Positions 22,219 through 35,587 of a DNA stretch of 64,000 nucleotides are shown here, piece after piece (the stretch's first letter is position 1; every line of letters starts with the position of its first letter). Source of the DNA: Anthoceros angustus (taxonomy: Eukaryota; Plantae; Anthocerotophyta); contig MU008162.1 of NCBI GenBank assembly GCA_010909165.1, positions 744,001-808,000 on the forward strand, in the 5' to 3' direction. The notes below the pieces were generated by a model. The model was given only the letters and a program-made list of their open reading frames with translations, had not been told where the DNA came from and did no database searches. Both the position numbers and the translations under genes were made by a program.

Positions 22219-23603
22219 TCAGGCAGCGTTGGCAAGAAGATCGCCAACCGTCACTCCTATTGCTGTCGCCGGGCACTGCAGGGGGATGTGTTCTTTACTT
22301 CCGCAACCGCTGCAACGGGGGCGAGTGTTGATCGTCGGCGGACTCGGACGCTGCAGTTTCTTCAGCGTTTCCGGGGACACTTCTTTGATCTTCTCCGCGC
22401 AGCTCAGGATGTTGACGCAGTAGTTGAGCGCAGCCTGCCTATCCAGATCGATCTGGTGATCGAACGTCGTGTGCTCACCAGCGTACGCCGATGCAATGTG
22501 CTGCTTCAGACGGGCGTGCGCCCTCCCATGCTGGTCGCACAGCCAGCCTGCCACTTCCAGTTCCGTCTCATTCTCGTCGTGGATGTGCTGCTTCTCGGCC
22601 TTTCCCTTGCCGGGGTAGATCGGCGCCATCGGAGCAGGCTCGTCCTTCGCCGGCGAGGCAGCCTTGAGCTTCCCCAGAGTCACATCCTGCAGCGCTGCCG
22701 TGCTAGGCTTCTTCTCTGAAAGCGGTGCCTTCCCCCCGCTGTTCTTGCTCGAGCCAGGGCTCGCTGAGGTTGTGTGCATGAAGTCCGAGAGCGGCCTGGT
22801 CCTGCCAAGCACAGGGCTCGGAGTCCTGAGCAAGCTCACCTTGTTAGTATCAGTGTCCGGGCTTGGTGTCTTGCTCGGTCTTGAGCGGATCACGCCCTTC
22901 GCCTGTTGCTTCTCAGGAAGAAAATTTTCCTCCACTGTGCGAGCTCGGGGATATGACTTCGCCTTTTCCGCGTACTCCACATCCTCTGCCCTAACTCGGC
23001 TGCTTTCCGCGTAGGGAGACGAGGCAGTGCTAGCCTTCTTGGTGCTGCCGGATGCCGGAGTCGCCAAGCTCGAAACCTCTGATTGCGGAGTGCGCGGTGG
23101 AGAGTTTTCGTCCCCTTCTCGGTTCTCGGCACCTTCCATGCCGTCTTCCCCGCGGGCCAGTGTGCGTGCCGAGCATTTCTGCCACGTTGCAATCCACTCC
23201 TCGATGGATGGAGTCGGTGAGTTCGGTTCCGTGTATCCGAGAGCTTGCATGGCATCACGGGTTATGTCCGACTGGCCATCGGTGTCGTCGCCGCTGTGCT
23301 TGCGGCTGACCTCCTGGAGCACGCTCTTAACCATCTGCACCACCGAGAAGGCCTGCTCCACCTGAGCCATGGCTCCAGGCAGAGTGTCGCAGAGCAGCTC
23401 ATCCACTATCTCGATGGCCCGTGTCACATCCTCAAACGTCTCCGCATCGGAAACAGGACTTGCCAGTTCATGTTTGGCCAGGCTTCTGTAACCTGCAAGT
23501 TGTGGAGGTTATGTCAGAGGAGGGAACTTCAGTGACATTCAGTTCCTCTTTGTCCAACAAGGAAAGAGCAAGTTTGCTTACTCAAGGCCTCTACTCCAGA
23601 CAT
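22219..23603 (-). CDS. Hypothetical protein (~430 aa) with a Ser/Pro-rich middle and a C-terminal CCHC zinc knuckle
   Basis: 402-aa ORF that extends through an 89-bp GT-AG intron (23581-23493) to an ATG at 23603 (MSGVEALSYRSL...). CSGCGSKEHIPLQC fits CX2CX4HX4C. Confidence 0.6.
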
Positions 23604-24250
23604 GGTAAAGCACTTGGTAGCTGCCTGCATTCCAAGACAAGCAGCTTCAGTTCAAAGCGTGCGTAGACGTGGTCTGCATACTCTGCTCAAAAATCGCAGA
23701 ACCGTAACACCGAAAAGGAAAAGCTTCCACAGGAAGAGTTGTTGATGCTTCACACAAAAACTGTTGAAAGCACATAACTCACCAACAAATCGCCCCAACG
23801 AGACAAGCAAGCTGCTTACTAGCACAAAGAAGGCTCGGGAGCTTGCAACGAGACAACCTGAAGTAATCGCTTGATGCATTGTGAAAGTGCACAAGGTGTG
23901 CTTAAATAATACAAGGACACAGAATACAGAATGTAAAGCGGATCAACGGAACAGACTACCAAACAGGCGTTCCTACTGAACGAAGGAGACTCCTGGCTTA
24001 TCGAGCTCCAGTCTTCCTCACTTCAACTTCCTGCATACCCGGTGGCCTGCTCTGGTGCGAAGGGAAACCCTCCCGTCACAAAACAGACAGAGATAACAAA
24101 CAGGGCATCCCAAACGACCAGACTCGGCCACTTCGATCCCTTGCAATGCACGAGAGGTGCCAGGAAGCCGCTGGTCGTGGAGAACCGGCCCCGACAGTGG
24201 ACAGCCATCCATACCCATCAGGGGACCGAAGAGGCAGCAGGTCGAGCGAC

Positions 24251-25878
24251 CTACAGAGCAGTGTTGTCGATGAAAGACCGGAAGAGATGCAGACCTCTCG
24301 CAGGCTGGGTGTAGGGCACCATGTGCCCAGCACCTCGGACGGTGGCAAACGTGAGCCCATCATACACAGTGACGTAGCCGCCCACCTGCCGATCGACGTA
24401 GTACGGCCTCCAGTCCTTGGTAATCTTCAGCCCCAGAGTGGAAATCCACTTCCTGGACCCCGTCACCGGCACGATGGCATCCGTGTCTCCACTGTAGATC
24501 AGAATCTGCAGCTTCGCATCCACCAGATCACGGTACACGGGGATGATGCTGGACAGGACATCCGCCCAGGAGTAGCGGACGACGTAGCTGCAGTCCGTCC
24601 ACTTCCACCGCAGCCCGGTGGTGTTGGCGTGCAGCGCCCTCTGCACCTCGGGGATGTTGAGGTAGGCTTCCACCTCGTCGTCCACGCAGGGATCGTACCC
24701 ATCCGCGGTCTGCAGGAGCGGCCGGGTGGCCACCCCGCCCAAGGGCGTTCTGCTGAGCTGGGTGGCGAACTGCCGGGTCTGGGCCTTCGCGAAGGGGGAG
24801 ATGCACACGTCGACGTAGATCTCGTAGATGTTGATCTGCCCCAGCTCCCGGTCCGCGGCGTCCAGCACCTTGGAGCACTCGTCGCGCTTCTGCAGCAAGG
24901 GCCCGACGGAGGAGAAGTTGCAGGATTCCATGATCCCGAAGAACGTCTTGTCGGACAGCAGCGCGTGCGACCACCAGTAGAATGCCGCGCCCCAGTTGTC
25001 GATGTCCGCGTCCGTCCATGCGTTCCCGATGGCCACCCCCTTGAGGTTGATCTTGAAATCCTCCTCCTTGTTCTTCTGCACGATAAGCTGGGCCAGCTGC
25101 GGGACGTAGTGCCCGGCGTAGCTCTCGCCCGTGATGTAGAAGCCGCTGGATGCGTACTTGGGGTACTGTTGGAAGAACTTCACCAGGAAGGTGTAGGAGT
25201 CCGCCGCCGTCTTCTGGTCCCCGGTCTTGTAGTCGGCCGAGGTGTTGGAGTAGGAGAAGCCCACTCCCGCGGGGGACTCGAGGAAGAGCAGGTTCGAGAC
25301 CTTATTCCAACTGTGCGGATTCACCTGCCCGCAATCCCACACCTCGCAAGCTCAGCACATCTAGGTCTCTGTCATGCACTGCTTCTCCGTGCAATGAATC
25401 CATCTCTAGTAGAAAGCATTGCACCAAAACGCAACAACATTGGAAGGTCGGGACGCAGCTCACTCATCCACCAAGACCGAGCTTTCACCTGCAAAGTCTT
25501 GCCGTCCTTGTTGGGGAAGTAAGGGCCCAGCTCGCTGAGCATGCCACCCCCGACGGACGAGCAGCCGGGGCCGCCGTTGAGCCACAATGTGAGGGGGGCG
25601 GAGTCGGGGTCCGGCACATCGGCCTCCACGAGCCAGTAGAAGAGGGCTCTGCCGTGGGCCTCGTCGACGGTGATGTACCCCGACCGCATTGCGAAGGGCA
25701 CGGGGGGCGCCCCCGGCAGCGAGGTGATCAAATTGGGGTCCTCGTCCACGGCATTTCCCCCCACCTGCTGGATGAGGAGAGGCTCCTGCGACGCCGCCGC
25801 GGCCAAGGACGAGGCCAGGAGGATCGCCACGGCCACGCCACAGATGTGGGCATGGAGGCGGCAAGCCACGGCCGCCAT
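24251..25878 (-). CDS. SCPL: Serine carboxypeptidase-like protein (peptidase S10, clade II), 2 exons: 25878-25489 and 25324-24251
   Basis: Signal peptide, SGYITVD, LWLNGGPGCSS, LFLESPAGVGFSY, GESYAG (Ser), SGDTDAIVP (Asp) and VRGAGHMVP (His). GT-AG intron joins LQ|VNPHSWN. Confidence 0.95.
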
Positions 25879-26299
25879 GGCAGCAGCGGCAGCTGATGCT
25901 GGATCTCCTCGCTCGCCTGACGAGAGGAAGGAGGAGGAGGAAGGAGACGACGGCCAGCCCACCCACGGCCCTCGTTGAACCCTTTTTAAATGTTCCTAGG
26001 GTTTGGAGGATACGAGCGTTGGCGTTCCTTATTGGTGGGTCCAGGCTGTGCCAGGCCGCGATCCCGGCACTAAGCGCCACGCCATGTCTTGCAAGACTTC
26101 GGCAACCAGAAGCCCGCCAAGAGAGAATCCCGAATGTGTGTACTTGAATACACTAGCGGATAGCCCACATTTTCCGCCTACTTATTACCTACTTAGTGCA
26201 AAGCTTTGCGACAGGCAAAACTTTGTCACTAGCAGGGCATGAAGGATGCTACGTCGGTGAGTTCAATGTCCACGGCCAGGGTGGGAATCGAAGCATTCA

Positions 26300-26840
26300 A
26301 CATTAGTATGTTATGTAATGGTTTCCTGGTTTAGCGTTTCTGCGTTTAAATGGGTGTGAAGAAACTTTGAGCACTGATGGGGTGATAATCGTGCATATGA
26401 ACATCCATGAGGTTGAAGAGTGTTGGCTCCGACTCTGCGTTGAAATATGTAGTAGGAGCAGGGCCGTGGTGGTAGTAGTGGATTTCCATCATGGATCTCT
26501 CGGGGTCCTCAAAATGGTTTTGTGGTGCTCACAACTCGACCAACCTTCACCAGCATATGGGTCTCGACCTCAAGATTCCCCCTTAAAGTATGAGAGCTCC
26601 GCGCTACCCAGTCCTTCACAATATTACCCCTTCATAAACCAATTATGGTATTCCATCCAAATGCTGAAATATCTACACACAAGAACTTTTGCCGCACTGT
26701 CTTCAAATACTTCAGAAAGTATGCACGTCACATCAACTTCCTTGCACGAGCAACATCCGGCAGAGGCCTTCATTGAAGGAGGAGTGACATCCACACTAAC
26801 ATGGGTTCATTGGAACTCCACATTCAAGCTCTTCCCATAC
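26300..26840 (-). pseudogene. Possible highly decayed F-box gene fragment
   Basis: Weak minus-strand similarity (VWEEL...CKEV...ILSEVF) with stops and frameshifts. By eye only. Confidence 0.2.
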
Positions 26841-26995
26841 TAGTACTCGGATGGGTCTTATTCATTCTCAGCTATAAATCATGCCCTGCTATCCATTCTC
26901 GGGTATAAATCATGTCCTTTATCAGCTATAAATCAAGTCCTTATCCTCCACCTGTTAGTGTCAATGCCGTCAGGGTTACTCCAAATTGACACTCT

Positions 26996-27119
26996 CAGTG
27001 TATATTTTAAAATATTTATATAAAATCTCCGAATTCTCTAGAAAAAAAATCCGGCACCCAGTGTATATTTTAAAATATTTATATAATATCTCCGAATTCT
27101 CTAGAAAAAAAATCCGGCA
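26996..27119. repeat. 63-bp AT-rich direct tandem repeat, 2 copies
   Basis: CAGTGTATATTTTAAAATATTTATATAA...AAATCCGGCA begins at 26996 and at 27059. Confidence 0.9.
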
Positions 27120-28222
27120 GGCACTACTTCCTGGTTTGTCAGCTTACCTCATACCAGCAAGGTTACATGTGAATGCTGCGATGGGTAGCCTCCTCATCGA
27201 TCTTCATCGTCCGAGATATATATGGTACATAATGGCGGTAATGCCGGATAAGGACGCCATGCCTTGATCCAGATATGTTCGTAGACCAACGTCAGCCCTG
27301 CCCCGTACATGAGCAATATATCCGGTACCAGCAAGTCCTGCTAACTTGTCTTGTTCCAACACCGCTAAATGTACTCCATATGTAGCTCGGTGATCCCATG
27401 CAAAGGATCCAATTGAGAGAAGCAGCCTGAGTACCCGGGAAAGACCACACCACTTGCAATCGAGGCCCGATCGGCACAATTTCTCAAAAGCACGATAACA
27501 AGCCTCTAGCCTCAGCGCTGTGCGCATTCACATAAACCTTACAACAGCTCTCCAGATGAGCTCGCAAAGATGCAGCTCCATTACTCACAGGGAACGGTTG
27601 CTGGCGACGAATCCCAGTTCGGACACAGATGTGGAGGCGAGCGTGCTGTCGCTGCATGCGGTCGGGGGGACAGTAAAATGCACTTTCTGGCTTGCACTTT
27701 CATTGGCCGAGAGCGGAAAGCCTGAAACGGATATCACAGTACCACTCCAGTCTGAGTTGGAGTCGAATAAAAGGATAAAACGGCCAAACAAGTGTGCTGT
27801 GCCTCGACGCGTTTCTTCGTCTCTCAGCTGGCGCTCGTTGCAGTGCCGTTCGGCATCAGGAGCCTCACAGCGTTCTGGTATGCTTCCTCGGCCTCAGGTT
27901 GTTTTAGGCCTAGGGAACCAGCTTTGCGGTTTTCTGTTGTGCTTTGTGCTGTGCAGTGTGAAGGTGGCAGATGTTGAAAGGCGGTGATCTGTCTTAGGAC
28001 TGATGTAGGCTTGAGTCGACAGCTCTGTCGGAGTGTGATTGTGTTGTGAGAAGCTGTGCATGCGATTGTTCGGAATTTGGTAGTGTTGCTGGCTGCATTT
28101 TCTGGTTTTGAAGGGAGCTGGCTTGGTAAGGATCTGGAGGGAGCGGTTTGACCACATTTGACAATTTTTAGCCAGATTCGTGCAACTGACTTCCCCGGGG
28201 TGCGAGGGAGTTTAGCACAGCC

Positions 28223-29923
28223 ATGGCTGCGGCTACCGTGCCGAGTGTTGGTGCTGTGCATGCGGGGGGTGCAATTCTTCCTCGGACTTCATTCACCGGC
28301 TCATCTGTGAAGCTGGTTCCTTGCAAGAGTAATTTGAGGGACACTAAGCCCTTGGGCGTGCGGGCGTCCAGTGGGAACGGCGCAGTTGGAGGCAGCACAA
28401 GGTTTCACCGACTGATTCAAGAGAATGGGGTTGTTCTTATGCCCGGCTGTTACGACGCGCTGTCTGCTGCAATTTTGGAGAAAACGGGTTTCAATGCAGG
28501 GTTTATCTCAGGATACGCCATGTCTGCTAGTCTGCTGGGGAAGCCTGACTTTGGATTTTTGACGTAAGTGCCCTGTCAGCGTTTGCCTTATCTTTCTAGC
28601 CGGATTTCTTTTGCCAAATCTCGAGCCTATGACTATTTGTAACTTACCTTCACGTGGAATGTCTTCGTGGAACAGACCTCCGGAGATGGCAGCAAATGCT
28701 CGGCTGATTTGTGCAGCTGCTTCCACGATACCCATCATTGCTGATGCTGGTGTGTCACTCGTTCTTGCAGCCTTGACGTTAGTAGGCAATCCTTCTTCAT
28801 TTTGACACGAAAGTTCTTCCAATGTTGCAGACACTGGAGGTGGTAATGCTCTGAATGTCCAAAGAACTGTTCGAGATCTCATTGCAGCGGGGGCAGCAGG
28901 CTGCTTCCTGGAAGTAAGCTATCAGTGTTACTTTCTCAATCTAAGCCCTGTTCCTCAGGGCTAAACTGATGCGAAGCTGTTGTGATGTCTGCAGGATCAA
29001 GTATGGCCCAAAAAGTGTGGTAGGTGGCTCATGTAAAACCTTTCCCAAGTTTCCTTTCCCTGAAGTTGATGCTTCTCAGAGGCATTACAGATATCGCAAG
29101 GGTTGGGTAGCAGCTCTACTTTAGACTCCTCCTCAATGTCTCAGGAAGATGACGCTGATCACATATCTTCAACTCCTGTGTCTTATGATTGATATCAAAG
29201 GTCATATGCGTGGAAAACAGGTGTTTTTCTCCCTTTGTTTCTTCTGTGTATTGGTTGTCTCCAACTATCCAGTGGGTTATGTGCTGAATGTGTGGTGTGA
29301 TTCTTTCTTGAATTGAAGGTCATACCTGCTGAGGAGCATGCTGCGAAGATTGCAGCAGCAAGAGATGCTATAGGCAGTGCCGATTTTTTTCTGGTAGCAA
29401 GAACGGATGCACGAGCAACTTCAGCTAAAACAGGGCTGGAGGATGCCATCGCCCGTGCTAACCTGTACATGGAGGTAACAACAAGCAGAGTAGCCGATTC
29501 ATCCACTTCCATCCGGTCATCCACTTTCTCATTCTTGGGGTGTTGTATACACAGGCTGGTGCAGATGCTAGCTTTGTCGAGGCTCCTCGAGATGATTCCG
29601 AGCTTGTCGAGATAGGCAAACGGACAAAGGGACCGAGGGTGTGCAACATGCTGGAAGGAGGGGTCACTCCCTTGCACACTGCAGACGAGCTTCAGGCCAT
29701 GGGGTTCCAGCTGATAGTCCACCCTCTGACAACTCTGTATGCATCAGCCCGAGCTTTGATGGACATTGCCAAGGAGTTGAAGGAGAAGGGCACCACCCGG
29801 CACAAGCTCGACACCCTCGCCACATTCGAGGAGTTCAACGAGCTGGTGGGCTTGGAGTCTTGGTTTCAGCTTGAATCCAAGTACTCCCCGGCCAAAAGCC
29901 CTGTGAGCAGCACCACCAAGTAG
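28223..29923 (+). CDS. Isocitrate lyase/PEP mutase family protein (carboxyPEP mutase / 2,3-dimethylmalate lyase-like) with a plastid transit peptide, 7 exons
   Basis: Exons 28223-28563, 28676-28749, 28831-28913, 28995-29019, 29201-29220, 29319-29474 and 29555-29923, all with GT-AG introns. Motifs MPGCYDALSA, IIADADTGGG, LEDQVWPKKCGHMRGK, VARTDAR and NMLEGG. Confidence 0.93.
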
Positions 29924-29966
29924 TCTAGCGGCTTGGAAGTAAAACCAAGTTGGGAAGTTTTTGCTC

Positions 29967-30187
29967 TTGGATTAGGAACGATGGGCTGATTCCATCAAAT
30001 TTTGGATGATATGACTTAATGCCATCAGATTTGGATTAGAAAGGATGGGCTGATTCCATCAAGATTTGGATGAAAGGACTTCTGCCATCAGATTTGGATC
30101 AGAAAGGATGGGCTGATTCCATCAAGTTTTGGATGGGGGGCTGATGCTATGATATACTGGACTAGTGAGGATGGGCTAACCCCATCG
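29967..30187. repeat. ~63-bp tandem repeat, about 3.5 copies, with an internal GATGG...CCATC palindrome
   Basis: TTGGATTAG(A/G)AA(C/G)GATGGGCTGATTCCATCAA recurs at ~29967, ~30031 and ~30094, and in degenerate form at ~30157. Confidence 0.85.
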
Positions 30188-30425
30188 AAGAAAACAAAAC
30201 GAAACAAAATGGAAGCAAATTTTGAGCTTTAGCAACTTAACTATCTAAAAGTATGTAGACTCGCATTGTCCGCATCTCACCAGAAGCTGCCGCAAGGAAC
30301 AGCGAAGAGGCCAGTTCTTAGTCTCTGTCACCTGGAATTGAAGAGTGGAGATGGTGGGCGCTTCCTGAACTCCGTCGGGCCTGTGATGCCAGTCGACAGT
30401 AGCAGAGCATGAAGTAGTTGCGGAC

Positions 30426-31482
30426 ATGAGCATGGAGGTGGCTGTGGCAGCTGATGCACATCCAGACACGGCACACTCGTTGCTGGCAAACGCCGGCAGC
30501 GCTGCCTCGCTGTTCGCCAATCTGCCGCTGGTGGCGGCCTTCCTGGCCTTCGCCGTGGCCCAGGCGCTGAAGGTGCTCACCACGTGGTATGCGTTCCTCC
30601 TGCTTCCTCAACCTTAATTGGATGCTGCAATTCGGCTTTTTGAGATCCTGAACCGTCCTCTCCTCATCTGGCTGCCCCCTGCGTGAACGGAAGCTTCTGG
30701 ATGTTGCAGCATGGGGATGTGACTTGAGAGAGCACACGCTTTGCTCTCACCTGCCTCCCAGGCCCTGCCCCTGCCTCTCATTGCTGTTCCGAGATTGCGC
30801 AATTTTAGGTACAAGGAAAAGCGCTGGGATGTCAAGAGGCTGGTGGGATCTGGAGGCATGCCCTCGTCGCACTCTGCCACGGTTATGGGACTCACTGTGG
30901 CCATTGGACTCCGAGATGGCGTCGGAGGCTCCCTTTTTGCCCTTGCACTGGTGGTGGCAAGCGTTGTAATTACTTCTGCCCTCTCAGCTCAGCTGGACTG
31001 CTTGTCATTCTCTGGTTGCGATTTTCTGGCCCTTCGTGCCAGGGCAGGTTAACCTTGTCCATGTTTGTTCCAGGTAATGTACGATGCGTCGGGTGTTCGT
31101 CTGCAGGCTGGTCGCCAAGCAGAGGTGTGGCACAATTCCTTCTAAAAGGCACAGCATTTTGTTGTGACATGTTTAGGAGGGAATGGACTTGCTGAAACAA
31201 CCAACTTCTTGGCTGCAGGTGTTGAACCAGATTGTGTACGAGCTGCCACCTGAACATCCCCTCTCTGATTCTCGGCCTCTCAGAGAACCTATAGGACACA
31301 CACCACCACAGGTCTCATGGCTCTCCCCTTTTCCGCCTCTTTGGCTCTGGTGCATGATCATGGCTAGGGTTTCCTGACCTTTTTTGTTTCCTTCTTTGTG
31401 GCAGGTTGCCGCAGGAGCAGCCTTAGGGTGTATCATAGCTTACTCCATTCACCTGGCTTCTCTGATAGGAAGCCATTCCTGA
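30426..31482 (+). CDS. DUF212 family protein (acid phosphatase/vanadium haloperoxidase-related, YuiD-like), 5 exons
   Basis: Exons 30426-30586, 30809-30965, 31074-31124, 31219-31311 and 31405-31482. Motifs AQALK, GSGGMPSSHSA, VMYDASGVR...AGRQAEVLN and LREPIGHTPPQV. Confidence 0.93.
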
Positions 31483-32726
31483 ACGAAACAAGGGAACCTC
31501 CAAATGCAGAAATTTCTGTGTAATCCGGCAATGCCCTTCCCGGACACGCTTGACACAAGTGTCAGAGGACCGCAGGATGGAAATCAGCATATTGCTGATA
31601 CCTTAACTAACTGATCCGTGCTGTTTCTTGTGAAAAACCAGGTGCCAAGATCTTGCTTGGACTACATTAATTCACTGTTGGGTGTAGGTAGTCACAGTTC
31701 AAACCAGCAAGCTGCGGGTGATTCTCTAGCTAGAATACGGTGATCTAGCTAGAATGAGATTTTGGAAGACAGCTCGATTGATGTCTGGGCTGGCATGCCC
31801 TTGTCGCATTTGTGAGCGGCAGTATGGACTAAGCATCTGGTGTCTCTCGACTGAGGTCTTCGAAAAGTCATGGACTCAGTTCGTCCACCCGGGCATGTGG
31901 GATCCGTGGCTGCTCACACCACGTGTAGGTAGTACGGCAGTTGCGGAAAGAAACAAGAACTGCAACTGCGGTCCTTCCTGTCTAGTAGCGGAGTCGTTCT
32001 TTTGAAAATGTAGGTATTTCGCTGTTATGATTATTTGAAGACCTATATCAAATTGCATGAGATCGAGCGCAATGCTGTTGTACCGGACTGGCACTTGCTA
32101 TCAGCGTATCGCCCACCTCACGGGGAGGCACGAGGACGCTAAAACGCTGGCAACATATCAAAATGAATCGTTGAGACCTTTCTGCAATACTCCATCGTTG
32201 CCAACATTTTCGTTAGAGCAAGTATTTAAGAAATATGTGCGTTTCTCCGACTTTCGCGTTTCACAAAATTTCACATACACGAACCAACAAACCCGTCCCC
32301 TATGTCAGCGCAAACGGAATCTCTTTCGAGGTGTGAAAGAGATGGATCGGCGAGAGAGGAGAGTGCAGGATACACAACGAGGAGCAAGTCAGTCCCTAAG
32401 AACAGATGAGCACAAAGATAAGCCAGCGCTCCCCAAATATCACGACTTCAAAGAGCTCGGAGAGCAAATAGGACCCCGGGGTTGCACTCAACCTCTAACG
32501 TAGGAGCTACCTAAACTGCAAAAGTGATAAATGCTTTAGGCTGACGCCTTGCAAGAGAATTCCACGCGGTTGCAACAAAATTCCGCTACAATAGCACGAA
32601 GAACAACTCGGATGTTCCCGCGGCCATCCCTCTGGCGGCCAGATAATCTCTACTGAACACCTAATCCTGCGCGCATCTCCTTCACACATAAAAATGAAGA
32701 CTCTCACTAGAGGCACTCCTGACCTC

Positions 32727-33174
<448 letters not shown>

Positions 33175-33283
33175 CTTTCTCGCGCTCGGCTGAGCCGGAC
33201 ACCGTCCTTCAGGTTTAACTCACGAGCGATGGCGAAGCGAAAGGAGAAGACCGCCGCAGGCACCCGATACAAAGAGCAGAAGA

Positions 33284-33292
33284 AAACCCTAA
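33284..33292. promoter_or_regulatory. Telo-box (AAACCCTAA) upstream of RPL38
   Basis: Exact motif ~110 bp 5' of the ATG. Telo-boxes are an established element of plant ribosomal-protein promoters. Confidence 0.65.
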
Positions 33293-33914
33293 AACTGGTC
33301 AAGGGACATTTTATAGTGTGAACAGTGTCTTTTTTAGATCCTCTTTCCACCTAGGTATTGTTTTTCAATAACTATTGATGAATTCTTTTTCCAAGTGCAG
33401 TGTTCCATGGCTCAAGCCTATGTATTTAGTACCTGGTGTGAATCCAACCAATGGTTGAAGTATGGAATGTTGAGTTCGTGATTCGTGATTAGTGATTCTT
33501 CGTGTTCTGCATCGGCAGACAAGGGCGCACTCTTATCATGTAGAGTAGACAGAGGTCATGGAAACACGGGGTTCGAAAGAGTGGAGATGTCGGAAGGGAG
33601 GAGGAAGCGCCATTTACTGTAGATAGAAACATAAAGCGTGAAGAACTGGGAGACATAGGTAGGTACGTTGCCAGGAAACCAGGCTCATCAGCTTCTGTAC
33701 GTACCTATTTGGTTCCGAGTCCCAAGAAACCCTGTGGTTGAGTCGGCACTTTGTGAAAATCGGTGTGTGAATCCTTGCGCAGCACTAACGCGGCTTCTCT
33801 GACACCACCGGCATGGATTTCCTCTGATGGCGACCGCTCAGGGGAGAGACTTGAGGAGCGGACTGGGCTGCGTGGGAGCAGGCACCTTCGATTTTCACTC
33901 CCTTTGTGTGCGGG

Positions 33915-35293
33915 ATGGAATCCACCTTGTGGACAGATTTGAGGAACCTGGACTGGGAGGCAGAGAGCTATCCCTCTTCAAAAGATTTCATTCTGGTGCC
34001 GATTTTCGCGGTTCTGTTCCCGACAATCCGGTTCTTGTTGGATCGGCTGGTGTTTGAGGTGAGTTTCCTTCCTCGCCTTTGGATTTAGGGCTCCTGGCGG
34101 TAAGGCTGCTGAGCTGGATCTGTGTGCTTGTAGCATTTAGGGAATGTTTTCGTCTACAATCGAGCTGTGCCTTCGATGAAGGGCATGAGCGCTGCCGACA
34201 AAGATGCTCTACGAAAAACCGTTGTCAAGTTCAAGGAATCTGCGTGGAAATGTGTTTACTATCTGTCAGCTGAGATTTTCTCCCTCGCTATCACGTACAA
34301 CGAGCCGTGGTTTACCAATACCAAATTCTTCTGGATTGGGCCAGGTGAACAGACCTGGCCCAACCAGATGGCAAAGTAAGATGGCTGGCTTTGCTTCTTT
34401 GTTGTTCTGACGAAGGAGTTGCTACTGTGGGAAAAGGTACACTGTGTCTTAATGGGCATGCTTGGCAGGCTGAAGTTGAAGGTCTTGTATGCTTATGCAG
34501 CCGGCTTCTACACGTACAGTATTTTCGCTCTGATATTTTGGGAAACAAGGAGGAAAGACTTTGGGGTCAGCATGGGACACCACATAGCGACTGTTGCTCT
34601 CATTATTTTCTCATACCAAGCCAGGTTAGTTTTTGTTCCGCTTCCTATTGGTTGTCTGAAATCAGCAGGAGGTGCACAGGTTCTGATGTCTCGTCCATGC
34701 TTCCCCTATACCTTCCAGGTTTGCGCGGGTGGGGTCTATGGTGCTGGCACTACATGATGCCAGTGATGTTTTTCTAGAGATAGGGAAGCTGACAAAGTAC
34801 AGCGGCTCAGAGATCATCCCAAGCATTGCATTCCTCATCTTCGCTCTTTCCTGGGTTCTACTTCGCCTGCTTTACTTTCCCTTGTGGATCATCAGGAGCA
34901 CTAGGTATGGTTCCAGTGGCCTTGTCTTCCGGCATGCTCTGAAGCTGTTCCCTCTGACAACCTCGGACACTTTGTGTTTGTTTGCAGCTACGAGGTTGTC
35001 ACGTTGCTAGACCAGAAGAGCTATCCAGAGGGTCCTACATACTACTACCTCTTCAACTCACTTCTCATCAGCCTCTTCGTCTTACACATATACTGGTGGA
35101 TACTCATCTACAGAATGATTCTGAGGCAAATTCAGGCAAAGGGAAAGCTCGAGAAAGATGTCCGATCAGGTACTCTTTCGTCTCATCCTCAGCATCTTGC
35201 AGTGCGGACTCTTTCCTTTTCCCTTTCTTTCATTCTGACATCGTCGTCATCCGCACAGATTCTGAAGATGATGATGACGACAAGGAGGAATGA
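33915..35293 (+). CDS. LAG1: Ceramide synthase (LAG1/LOH1-LOH3-like, TLC domain), 6 exons
   Basis: Exons 33915-34058, 34134-34375, 34469-34624, 34719-34904, 34988-35169 and 35259-35293. Motifs [36 protein letters not shown] and the acidic tail DVRSDSEDDDD. Confidence 0.95.
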
Positions 35294-35587
35294 TCCCACG
35301 TCTTACAGCTGTGACGGGGATTCATCTTCTCCAGCCAACATGAAAGCAGTGGCTCCGTAGGGTGTTGATGAGATGTTTGAATTGTCTCATATGTCAGTCT
35401 TGGCGCTAGAAGACAGCGTTCGATTATTTTTTCTTTTCGATTCTTTTGGCTTTTAACTCCTCAAAATGGAGTTTTTCCCTTCCTGGACATGCCGTGGTTG
35501 TCAACTTGTCGAGTTTGCAAATAACTTTGTGAATGTGTTCAAGTTCAGTGCCAAATCTGCTGGTCCCTGGGGCTCTACGGGAAGTGA

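Noticed and set aside
24146-25522. 458-aa plus-strand ORF
   Set aside because: Antisense shadow of the GC3-rich serine carboxypeptidase.
26971-27500. Possible hAT element starting CAGGGTT
   Set aside because: No matching right TIR or 8-bp TSD found.
33813-34057. Upstream ORFs of the ceramide synthase (MDFL* and a 76-aa overlapping ORF)
   Set aside because: The TSS is unknown, so they may not be transcribed, and there is no conservation evidence.
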